From: Paramecium tetraurelia
Taxonomy: Eukaryota
Length of the DNA: 64,000 nucleotides
Direction of reading: 5' to 3'
Assembly (NCBI GenBank): GCA_000165425.1
Contig: CT868014.1
Location: 62,001-126,000, forward strand
Shown here: one piece after another, positions 53,486 to 64,000 of the stretch
How positions within the stretch are numbered: the stretch's first letter is position 1
How the letters are laid out: the number at the start of each line of letters is the position of its first letter
The notes under the pieces: generated by a model
The model's input: only the letters and a program-made list of their open reading frames with translations
Database searches by the model: none
Told to the model about the DNA's origin: nothing
Translations under genes and position numbers: made by a program

Positions 53486-55004
53486 TCATTTAAGGATTTC
53501 TTCAAATATGGGTAAAAGAGCTTTTGTATACTTTTCTACCTAATCAATATCCTTTAAGCAATGGCCTAAGCTTAAAACATTTTCTATCATTAATGGTTGA
53601 CTTAATAATTTTTGTACATTTTACTAATTTAAGATATTATAATTTTACAAAGTCACATATTAGATCACAGGCAATCAATAATTTAAGTTAAAAATATTTA
53701 ATTTTGAAATTCAATTCTTTTGAATTGAATGTTATATTATTTAACTTTTTGTAAAAAGCAGCTAAGTAACTTTAAAAATGAGTATTAAACTATTTGCTTC
53801 TTTCTGAGTGTCTTAACTCATCTTTTAATTCACCAGATTCACATAGTATTTAGGTTTAATTTGTTTTTTGATTTTCATACCACTTTCTAAATAAGATAAT
53901 TACTTTTTATACTTTGCATTTTACACATAAAATCTTAACTCTTCATGCTATTTCATGTCTTTTAAATAATTGTATTTCTTTCTAGCTTAAAGTTCTAATG
54001 TTTTTTCATCTATAAGTTTATTATATTATTTTATAATCAAAAGACCAGTTGGATACATAAAATTTTTAGTATTTTCATCTTGAATGGATTGTTATATCTC
54101 AGAAAAGCTACTTATTATTTTATCTAATAAATTAAGTTTCTTATAGTAGCATATAAAAGTTGAGACATCTGACCAATCGGCTCTCATTTTCGGATCCTTT
54201 TCTAACATTCTATTAATAAGTTCCTCTAAGTCACTTCGAATTTTAATTATATTCTAATAGTTGGTAATAACTTAACATCTATCTATCAAACCATGCAACA
54301 TTTCAGATAACACTATACCTAATGAATAAATATCTGCTTTATAAGGACAGAAATTTGTATTAGAATTTATTTCAGGGGCTGAATAAATAGGAGTCCCCAC
54401 AATGGAGTGAGCTGCTGCTTTATACATATCTTCTATATTTTTTGCCAAATTGACATCTGTTATTTTAACACAACCGTCTTTGAGCAATATATTTTCTGGT
54501 TTTATATCTCTATGAGAGTATTTTTATTTGTGAAGACTATAACATTAATTTAATATTACCATTTTTCACCTTCAACAATTTATGAAAATATATCCATCGC
54601 TTCTTCTTCCTCCAATCTTTTACCTGTCTTTTTTTCTAAATATTCCTTAAGATTTGCTAAATTATCAATTTAAATATTACAATCACATAACTCAAGAATG
54701 ATGTAAAAATGATCTTGCGTTTCAAAGTTATCCACAAGGGAAATTACATTTTTATGCACACATTATTTTAAAATTTCTATTTCTAAGGCATATGATTTTT
54801 ATAATCTTTCATTTGACACAATTCTGGAATCTTAAGTTTTCCGTGATATTTTTTTTAAAGCCACATACTTATTTGTATCTAAATATTTTGCTTCATAAAC
54901 CTAATTATAACTATTTATAATACCGAGCAGATTAAGCCTTGTCCCAATTTTCTTTTAGTATTTTAAATATATTTCCCTATAATCTTAGTATCTGCTTCGC
55001 ACAT
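53486..55004 (-). CDS. Ser/Thr protein kinase (ULK-like) with a C-terminal helical region
   Basis: VALKKI, HRDIKPENILL, ITDVNLAK, GTPIYSAPE, DIYSLG. Confidence 0.88.
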
Positions 55005-55056
55005 TAATTGAATTATATATTTTTATATTAATAATTAATAATTAGATATTGTTTAA

Positions 55057-55928
55057 TCAAACCACAGAGGCATTTCGAACTTTAGAAGGTCGTTTATGTT
55101 CTACTGGAGTTAATTGTCTTTTGAATTAGGGTAGAGTGGCATTTAGGTCTGTTACTTTGTTATTAATGATATATTAAGGTCTTCTTTATCCATGAGGAGC
55201 AGTAGTTGGCTTTTCAGTTTGATTTAGATAATTGCTAGTGTCAATTGATTTATCAGAGACCTTTTTGATCTGAAATGATCTATCACATTATTTGATTTCT
55301 TTGACCAAATTTTCTGCTTATTATTATATTTTTTTTCTGAATTCATTCGGATCAAAATTATCGATAAACATGTTTTCTATTTTTAGTTAGGTCACTTTAT
55401 TGGTCTGATCTCTGATTTGTTGTTTCATAATCAATGAATGTCGATTATTATTATTAGTGTTCATCTATTTCTTATAAATTTCTTAGTGATCTTGCTATGT
55501 TATTTCAGTGGTTGGTTTTTGTTCTTTAAGATTGGTGACTTGGACATCAATCTTCTTTTTAAGGGAGTGTCTTCTGACAATAGACTTATTGGTAGACGAA
55601 TAATCGGACAAGTTATTATTTTAATTTAGTTCTCCTAAATCTATTATTGGTCTATCTATTAGTTTGAGTGTCAATGCCTAAAAGGAATCTATGGTTGGTC
55701 TTAAATTGTATTCTTGATCATCCAATAAGATGGAAGAATTCTAGCAATCAATTTAGTATAGATTGATGGCTGATCTTGTGATTGATGTCACTATTACTTG
55801 ATCTGATGCATAGATTCGCATTTCAAAAAGGCAGGAATCTTAGCGTCTATTTAATGTTCTCGTATCAATTTCCTGGCCTGATGTATTATTTGTTTGACAA
55901 TGCCATCTACTATAATTTCTGAGATCAT
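55057..55928 (-). CDS. Hypothetical protein, possible frameshift near 55825
   Basis: The MISEIIVDGIV... frame stops early, and an adjacent frame runs open to TGA at 55057. Confidence 0.5.
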
Positions 55929-55969
55929 AATGTGGTTGTAATGATTTTATAAATATATATATTAATTTA

Positions 55970-56788
55970 TCAAATTAAATGTGCATCATCCTTGATCTCT
56001 GAAAGATAAGGATGATTATAAATAATATCTAGAGTAGTTCTGGTAGTTGAATCTGGCTAAAGTAATTGCTCCAGAAAGTCCTGTGTGATTAGATCTATTT
56101 ATTATTTTGACAATTTTTAAACGAGTGCCCAATACTATGACCATTTTTTTTATTGAATCAATTTCCACAACTTGCAACTGGCACTGGGTTTGGTGGATTT
56201 GAAGGGCATAAAACCCAGAATTAACTAAAATAGAGTAACTCCTAATGAAAACACATCACTCTTTATTAGTACTTGAGTATTTATGTTCTCACTATTGTGT
56301 CCTCCCAAGAGTGTTTCTTGATGCAATTCGGGAGGCATGTAATGGAGTGTACCAACAGTTCTTTTGGCTGTACAATTACTTAACAGTTCTGCAAAGCCGA
56401 AATCACATAAAACTAGTCCTCCTTCTTTGTCAATCAAAATGTTCTCCAATTTGATATCTCTATGAACTACTTGGTTTTGATGAACATAGTTTATGATTTT
56501 GATCAAGGTCTTGCAAATCTCCTTTATAATTTGTGTGTTTAGTTTTTGAGATTTGAGTACTTCAAACAAATCATGTGTCTAAAGTCTCTCTAAAACCAAG
56601 TAGTTATCTGTGTACGTGATGAGTTTTACAATGTGATTACTTTTGAGGAGTTCTAAAATTTGAACTTCCTTCAATCTGGACTGTATAGAGTAGAATGATT
56701 TATATTCTTTGATTACGTAATTGGGATCCTCGGTTAGGAACACATTAGACGAAGATCCTTCACTCAGTAGAGTGGTCTTGTTGTGCAT
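55970..56788 (-). CDS. Ser/Thr protein kinase
   Basis: YVIKEY, HRDIKLENILID, CDFGFA, GTLHYMPPE, DVFSLG. Intronless in ciliate code. Confidence 0.92.
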
Positions 56789-56862
56789 ATGCTTTTAAGA
56801 ATGATTGATTTATAATTATAAAAGAATAAAAAGGGATATATATTTGATTCAGTTATAAATTA

Positions 56863-59146
56863 ATGGGATAGACAGATAGTAAATAGGAGCAAGATTTTTT
56901 GAGAAAGATTGACACGCAATATGAATTCCTAAAGCACCTGAATGATGCAAGTGAATCATTTTAATTATAAAGTAGGATACGGAGATGGCAAACTGTTCGG
57001 CAAGAGAAATGACAAGTCATAAATGATTGTATTAAAAGAACATCAGCATTCCAGATGAGCCTAGTTTTTAAGCTTGGAAGAATAAATTATAGTTGAGACA
57101 ATCACTCAAACATCCCAACATCATTGAATTGAAAGGTAAGCAAAAGACATAGTATCAATTAGAATCAATTTAAGCAGAAGAAGAACAAGTTTGCAGCACT
57201 TTTTATAAGATCAATCTCGTATTCGAATATCTCCCTCAAACCTTACAAGATGCCATAACATAAAGGAAATAAGCAGGTGCCTATTATGGAGAATAAGAGG
57301 TGTTACAAATGTTGAATGGATCAATAGAGGGATTGGCCAAAATGCAAGAATTGAAGATTGCTCATCAGAATTTGAGAGTGCGAACACTATCCTATCAAAA
57401 TGGAACCATCAAAGTAAGTGACATTCCTTTGTTAGCCAACATCACATCGTTTGCCGCAGTCTTGCAAGATTATGGAAATGCATCTGAAGGCAATTATCTC
57501 TCCCCAATATTGACTAAGGCTGTTTATGAGAGTAATCACATGCCATAACATAATTTATTCAAATCGGATGTCTACACTCTTGGAATGATATTCCTTTAGG
57601 TTTGTTTACTCTAACCTCAGGATAATTGCTATGATTACTTTGAAGGGAAAATAAACATGTAATAATTGGTCACAAATATTGAATAAGCAAGAACTATTTA
57701 CACTTCAGAACTAGTTGAAATTATAGAAGAAATGCTTGAATAAATTGAAAAAGACAGACCTGATTTTATTTAGTTAAGGAATAAAAGAAGAGAAATCATA
57801 CCCTAATACCCACCTCAATTCGTAGACAAGAATACTCGTCAATAGGAGGATGAATACTAAATGATGTATTACAAGAATGCCGATCATTAATCTGAAGTCA
57901 ATCAATCACTCTAACCCTCCTATTTGGATGAAGGACCATTACCATTGCATGATGGACAATTACGATCAATTACATTAACCATTCAAAGAACCATAACCAG
58001 CCAATTATAGTGAACATGATGTTCTCATTCACAATGCAGACATCACCAGGAATTCCATCTGTAAGAAGAATAATAATATATAAATAAGCTCCAATGAAGT
58101 AAAACAACTCAATTGGATAGATTCCTAAAGCATTAATCTAAGAATTTCAAGTTCAACCTATCTCATTTGCATAAGACAATAACATACTAAATTAAGACAT
58201 TTACAAAATCCCTGATCAATAAAAATCAAATATCAAATATGATTCTTATGCTAATCCCTACAATCACATGAAACAAGATGCTTACACTCAATCCAGTCAA
58301 TTACTCAACAATAACAATTAATAAAAATCCAATATTCATTTACAATCCTATGTGACAACCTATCAACCACCTCCAAGAGAATCTCTCCAAGTCAATGATT
58401 ATCTAGATAAATTTCACTTCACCTCACCCAATGACATTAAACTATTTGAACAAAACAACTAGACTGATTACAACCAACCAAATAGAGAGTCCTATTAATA
58501 CTACCCTGCCTAACCATAAAGTAGGTTCATGTCTGTCTAATAACAACAATAACCTATTAAATAATCAAATTATGTGCCTGTTTAAGCAGCATCCACTTAC
58601 CTCCCAAAATAGAATCTATCCACTTATGTTAATGAAACATATCCCAATGGACAGAGATACGTTGGCGAAAAGATCAATGGCAAAAAAGAAGGCAGAGGAA
58701 GATTGTATTATAAAGAGGGAGGCTATTATGATGGAAATTGGAAGAATGATAGAATTAATGGATAAGGTAAGAAATTAATATCTAAATCAAGGTGTTTTAT
58801 ATTATGCCAGTGGAAGACCTGCATATGATGGAGAATGGATCGATGATAAATTTCAAGGATAAGGTATCTTGTATAATGATACCCCAAAAATTGAAGATAT
58901 AAATTACAGAAATCTAGAAGATATCGGATTGTAATGATATTCTCTCATCATTATAGTGCTTGGACCAAATATGTAGGATAGTTTTATGATGACAACAAAA
59001 ATGGTTAAGGAACATTATATCTTTTGAATGGCGATCGCTTCGAGGGAAGTTTTTAAGATGATCAAGCCTAAGGTTAAGGAAGATACATTTCAATTGGAGG
59101 GAAGGTAATCTAAGGGTTTTGGAACTTTAATCATTTTGTGTAATGA
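56863..59146 (+). CDS. Predicted myristoylated pseudokinase + Q/P-rich linker + MORN repeats (apparent frameshift at ~57953)
   Basis: Starts MGQTDSK. Kinase fold with HPNII, HQNLR (for HRD), SDIP (for DFG), YLSP, KSDVYTLG. C-terminal YVGEKINGKKEGRG, YDGNWKNDRINGQG, YDGEWIDDKFQGQG. Confidence 0.78.
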
Positions 59147-59190
59147 AATTCTACTCTTATATTAAGTAATGTATAAATTATGATAATAAT

Positions 59191-60290
59191 TCATTTGAAT
59201 ACTTTGGTACATTTATTCCATTCTCTCTTATTAGATTAACATCTCTGGGATTGTTAAGGAGATGTATTCGTGATTCCTTTATCTATATTGTTTGCTCTTT
59301 GGGTATTAATATTAAGAGTCAACTGATTATTGAGTTGATTATACTGATTCTCCTAATTACTGTTAACTGTATTCCTTTGCGAGTTCAATGGAGAACAATT
59401 GACTCTCTTAGGATTATCTTATCTCTTATCATCAAATACAATGGCTTCTCTCAAATTCTTATTTGTTTAAACTAATTATTTGATCTGCTAACTCTAAGTC
59501 GAAACAATCTCATTCAATTCTTGTTCTGTTTACAACAACTTCTCTCATAAGGACTCAAACTATTTATTAGCCACCAAAATCAAGTGTCTTAATTGCTAAA
59601 TCTTCTTATTATAAATCCAATGAATTTAACCTTTCTTAATTGAGTTCACTCATGCTTTGTTTGAGCTACAATTACATCTTCTACAGAATCTATTATTGCT
59701 CTGCTGTTTGGTTATGCAATAGAGTGATTTCTTGATCAGCATCAATTAGAGTTTGCTTTAAACTATTCAGAAGATTCATGGATTTTTCCATGCCTTAATA
59801 GCTCTAGATATGCATAATCTAATTATTGCTATTTTATGTATACATAAATCATTTGCATCTTCTCCAAATAAGAGATTATATAATTTTATTCCTTCGAATC
59901 TCTTACTAAATTGCTAATTATTTTTATCGCCTCGACATAGCATTTCTAAAACCCTTCAAACATTATCTCCTTTCTATCCAAAGGTTGTTTTTATTGGAAA
60001 CTGTAATATTCCTCTTGTTCCGTGCTCATCACAACTGAGAGCTCATTTTTCAAATTTGATGGCTTCACTTTCTATAGTAGTCCTATGAATTGATCTAATT
60101 CAAGCTTCAAGTTCGAATCCTTAACAATCTCTTGCGATACCAATTTTTCCAATGATTCAATCGACTGATCAGATTATAATGTGGCTATTGACTAATACGA
60201 TTGCTATTGAGTCGATTTACTAATCGATTGGTAATACTATCGATCGTCTTCTATGCATTATAGTTGTTCGAGAGACATTGTCAAATCCAT
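59191..60290 (-). CDS. Hypothetical coiled-coil protein
   Basis: MDLTMSLEQLQCIED... open frame to TGA at 59191. Confidence 0.65.
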
Positions 60291-60354
60291 AACTTAATAT
60301 CTGTTAAATAATATTAATTAATTTTTTAGTTGCTATGTATATTAGACATAAAAT

Positions 60355-60905
60355 TCAATCATACACTCTTCTAAAACCTACATGAGTTTCCACCATATTT
60401 GTATCCAACTCCACCTTGGTAGTATTCCCATTAAGAAAATCTTTATCGCAATATAAACTTGAGATTTGCATATTCAGACTTCCATAGACCGTTTGTGTGT
60501 CAATCTTTTATTTATTTAACTCACTATTTTGTTTGTTTATCTTTATATTGATTTATTTATTATACATCTGAAAGTAATGCCTTCGTTATTTGATCCTCTT
60601 CTCGATATTAATTGGATTTCATTTTATGTAATTCTTCCCGTATGACATTCATGTCGTCTCGGCTCACCTTCAAATCATCCTTGATTTTATTTAATATGTT
60701 CTATTTGTATTTTAAAACTCCTTACAAACAACTTGTCAATGTGATCCTTCACATTCATTTACATCGAATTCTCAAAGCTTTGTTGCACTATTTCAAATTG
60801 ATCCTATTGTTTTTCTGTTTCTTAATTAGCATTCTTTGAATTTAGAGATGTTAGAGATTATTGATTTTACGATCCCATATGTAACCTCTTCCCATGCTTA
60901 TGCAT
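60355..60905 (-). CDS. Hypothetical coiled-coil protein
   Basis: MHKHGKRLHMGSQ..., two introns, ends ETHVGFRRVYD. Confidence 0.6.
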
Positions 60906-61055
60906 TATAATATAATTTAATAAATAAAATACTTATAAATTTAATAATTTATAATACATCTAGTTCGGGAACCCACCTTCGTCTGTAATATATAATTTGT
61001 ATTGATATTGATCAAAAACTCAGTCTAATGATTAATATATACACAGTAAATTATA

Positions 61056-61568
61056 TCAACATTATTTCTTAAGTGAATCTAATGGTCGCTGATTTTATGT
61101 TGAAAACTTACTCTTCCTTGTTTCCTTCCTTGACAACAATTAAATAGGTTCTTCTGACTCACTTCCATCATCATTCTTCACTTGTACCAATTCAGAAAAT
61201 TACACTTTTTTGCCTATTAATTTCTCTGATTGAGTTTTCTAAGGTATCACTTATGATGTTGTACTGTGTCGATCTGTTTACTTTCCTAAAATCAAATCTA
61301 TGCTATCGAATCCAAAGTCTGTTGATTCTGTTTTTAATTTGTACTGAGATTTGCTGGTATATTTATCTGGTAAACTAAATGGGTCAGAGAAGAAATCCCA
61401 TTTTTTTAGTGTTTCTTTGCCTACCTTGGAGAGATTTTATTTATTCTCATAAGGATCTGTAAAGTAATTAGACAGTTGGGGTTGACTTGAGTGATGTTTG
61501 TGATTTGATCTGACATAATATGGCTTTTAAGGGGTTTTGAATTCAGCAAAAGGGAAATCGAAATTCAT
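61056..61568 (-). CDS. Hypothetical protein with an RVxF-like motif
   Basis: Intronless MNFDFPFAEF...KKVQFSELVQV...KKQC. Confidence 0.6.
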
Positions 61569-61588
61569 TTTAATTATTTTTTATAAAA

Positions 61589-62594
61589 TCATATCACTTA
61601 TTGAAATTTAATTTTATTACTCGCACTCATTGCATTCTGAGCAATAATTGCTAATTAAGTTGAGCAATCTTCAATCTCCATTTCATTCAAATGTTGTAAA
61701 ACCTATTTAATACTTGGTCTTTCCTTAGGATTCATCCTCAACATATGGTCAACTAAAGGCTGTATATTTTTAGGCAACTAAGATAAGACTTTTGGTAGTT
61801 TTGGTTGCTTGTCATTAACAAATTCCAAATACATAGGCAAAGATGAGACTCCTTCCCAATTTGAATCCTAGGATATAGGTACAATTTTACATTCAGACTT
61901 CCCAAGAGTTCAGCTATCTAAGACATGATCTCAATTTCTGATCTTCCATCAAATAAAATTTTGCCTGTAAATAATTCTACCAGCGTACAACCAAGTGACC
62001 AAATATCAATTGAAGCATCGTATTCTTTCAGTCCAAAGAATAATTCTGGCGCTCTGTAATTCTTGGTGCAAGTCTGAGGAGTCATTAAATCTCTCATCTA
62101 AGTGGAGATGCCAAAATCGCCTAATTTAACTTGTCCTTCTGTTGTAACAAAGATGTTGCTAGGCTTAATATCTCTATGGAGGATATTTTATTAATGGAGA
62201 TAGTTCAAAGCCTAACAGAGCTCTTTAAAGATGTAGAGTTGTCTATCGTTTATTGAGTGTAAGAGTTCATGAAGTGGTGGCATGTATTCCATCGTTAAAC
62301 ACAAGTATTTTTTGTATTCAAATTTTTCGGTGAAAGCATCTAAAAAATTGACGATATTGGGGTGATGTAGGGTGCTCAAAAACTTGTATTCATTTAACTA
62401 AGTGTGATCCTGAGGGTCTGATGGCTATATACAATTGCAATTATCAATACTTTTCTGTAATATCTTTTCAACACCAAAGGAGTGTGTTTCTTATTGGGAG
62501 GATCATTTTCTGATCTTCTTTCAATCAGGTATACTTTGCCTGCGTATCCTTTGAATAGGCACTTTATTTTTGTATAACTCTGATTCTGCTACAT
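61589..62594 (-). CDS. CDK-family (CMGC) protein kinase
   Basis: HPNIV, HRDIKPSNIF, LGDFGI, CTKNYRAPELFFG, IDIWSLGC, LFDGRSEIE. Confidence 0.9.
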
Positions 62595-62963
62595 TTTATT
62601 TGATTTTAAATTTAATTATATTCACTTTTTGATTCAAATTTTGCTCAAAAGCCATAAAAATCACGAGTCTCCGCTCTGATTACTTATAAGTTGGGTTGCT
62701 TTTACGAAGGAATAATTGATTATCTGATATAAATTTCAATAAATTTATTGAAGTATTAACAGAAATAACTGTCTAATTATATATATTTTAGTTAATAATT
62801 TTAATATATGAATATTTATTCATCAAAATATATTGAGTTTCATTTGTTCTTTTAGCAAATTTATATAAAAAGTTAAATTTGAAATTCTTTTTATTTGTAC
62901 TCTAATATTGCAAATGCTTAGATTAAATGAAAAAAAATTTAAAAATTTAGATATTATTTTTTA

Positions 62964-63532
62964 ATGGTTAATCTCCGCCTCTAAAAAAGATTGGCTTCCA
63001 CATAATTAAAGGTTGGTATCAACAGAGTTTGGTTAGACCCAAATGAAGCAAGTGAAATCAGTCTTGCAAATTCAAGAATGTCAATTAGAAAATTAATTAA
63101 AGATGGTTTGATTATGAGAAGATTGAGAACAATTCACTCAAGAGCCAGAGCAAGAAGATTCCTTGAAGCAAAGAGAAGAGGCAGACACACCGGTACTGGT
63201 AAGAGAAGAGGTACAAGAGAGGCAAGAATGCCAACCAAAGTTCTTTGGATCAGAAGACAAAGGGTTTTAAGAAGATTGCTCAGAAAATATAGAGCTGCAA
63301 AGAAAATCGACAGATAATAGTAAAAAATCATTAATAACTTAGATATCACGAATTTTATTTGGCTTCAAAAGGTAATCAATACAAAAACAAAAAAGTTCTT
63401 ATCGAGGCAATTCATGAAACTAAATAAGAAAAAGTTAGAGTTGATAAAATCGAGAAGGAATAAAATGACAGAAGAGAAAAGAATAAGGCTCAAATAACCA
63501 AGAAAACCTAAAACAAATTTGCTGCTGAATGA
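62964..63532 (+). CDS. RPL19: 60S ribosomal protein L19 (eL19)
   Basis: [54 protein letters not shown]. Confidence 0.97.
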
Positions 63533-63705
63533 TATTTACATATTTAGTACAATAATCAATAATTGTTATCATAATTATATAATAGATTGTATGGTGTTCT
63601 AGACATCTAATATGCTCAAGTATATATATAAAGTAGTCTTTAATTAAATTATGTCATGATTCCTATTTTGTATATTAAAAAAAGATTTAATTTAATTTTT
63701 AGACA

Positions 63706-64000
63706 ATGGTAACTATAACAATTAAATAAAGGCTGACCCAAAACAATAACCCGTCCAATAACCAAAAGGCAAAAAGGGAAAGAAAACTGGAGAAGAAACT
63801 ACTTAATAAGTTGTAGCTACTTTGGGACCAAATGTGGCTGGAAATGAATTAGTATTTGGAGTGGCTCACATCTTATCCACATGGAATGACACCTTTATTC
63901 ACATCACCGATTTGACAGGCAGAGAAACATTAGCCAGAGTAACTGGTGGAATGAAAGTTAAATCAGACAGAGAAGAATCATCACCATATGCAGCCATGCA
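63706..64000 (+). CDS. RPS14: 40S ribosomal protein S14 (uS11), truncated at the window edge
   Basis: ATG followed directly by an intron. [49 protein letters not shown]. Confidence 0.96.

Noticed and set aside
12590..58015. Euplotes-style programmed +1 frameshifting as an explanation for the frame breaks
   Set aside because: The sites lack a shared AAA-stop motif and TAA/TAG are sense codons here. Indel errors or mutations are more parsimonious.
62640..62960. Possible C/D snoRNA upstream of RPL19 (two CTGA motifs)
   Set aside because: No box C (RUGAUGA) or terminal stem was found.
617..63349. Many hydrophobic ORFs in the supplied track (e.g. 617-853 -, 21739-21978 -, 40596-40853 -, 59251-59475 +, 63134-63349 -)
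   Set aside because: They are antisense or off-frame shadows of real code-6 genes.
1..64000. Telomeric repeats, tRNA/rRNA, transposases, CRISPR arrays
   Set aside because: None were recognisable on either strand by manual reading.

Overview
Very AT-rich, gene-dense ciliate DNA, most likely a Paramecium (aurelia-complex) macronuclear chromosome segment. Genes read through TAA/TAG as Gln, stop only at TGA, and carry tiny (~20-35 nt) GT..AG introns, so the supplied standard-code ORF track shows only fragments. Manual re-translation gives about 45 genes. They include a K+-dependent-type V-PPase, a V-ATPase a subunit, a bacterial-type 2-methylcitrate synthase, BCKDH E1-alpha, Josephin, SSNA1/DIP13, a Rab, a DUSP, a BT1 transporter, a 3-repeat Myb, ALY/REF, six ribosomal proteins and several kinases. 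The most unusual items are an F-box + cullin-repeat fusion with no cullin C-terminus, a bacterial-architecture RNase III with dead active-site residues, and a full-length presequence-protease homolog that has lost its zinc site. Also notable are a myristoylated pseudokinase-MORN gene and an internally deleted PPP phosphatase pseudogene. All calls come from reading the sequence by eye with no database searches. Exon boundaries and some ends are approximate. No rRNA, tRNA, telomere, transposon or CRISPR feature was seen.
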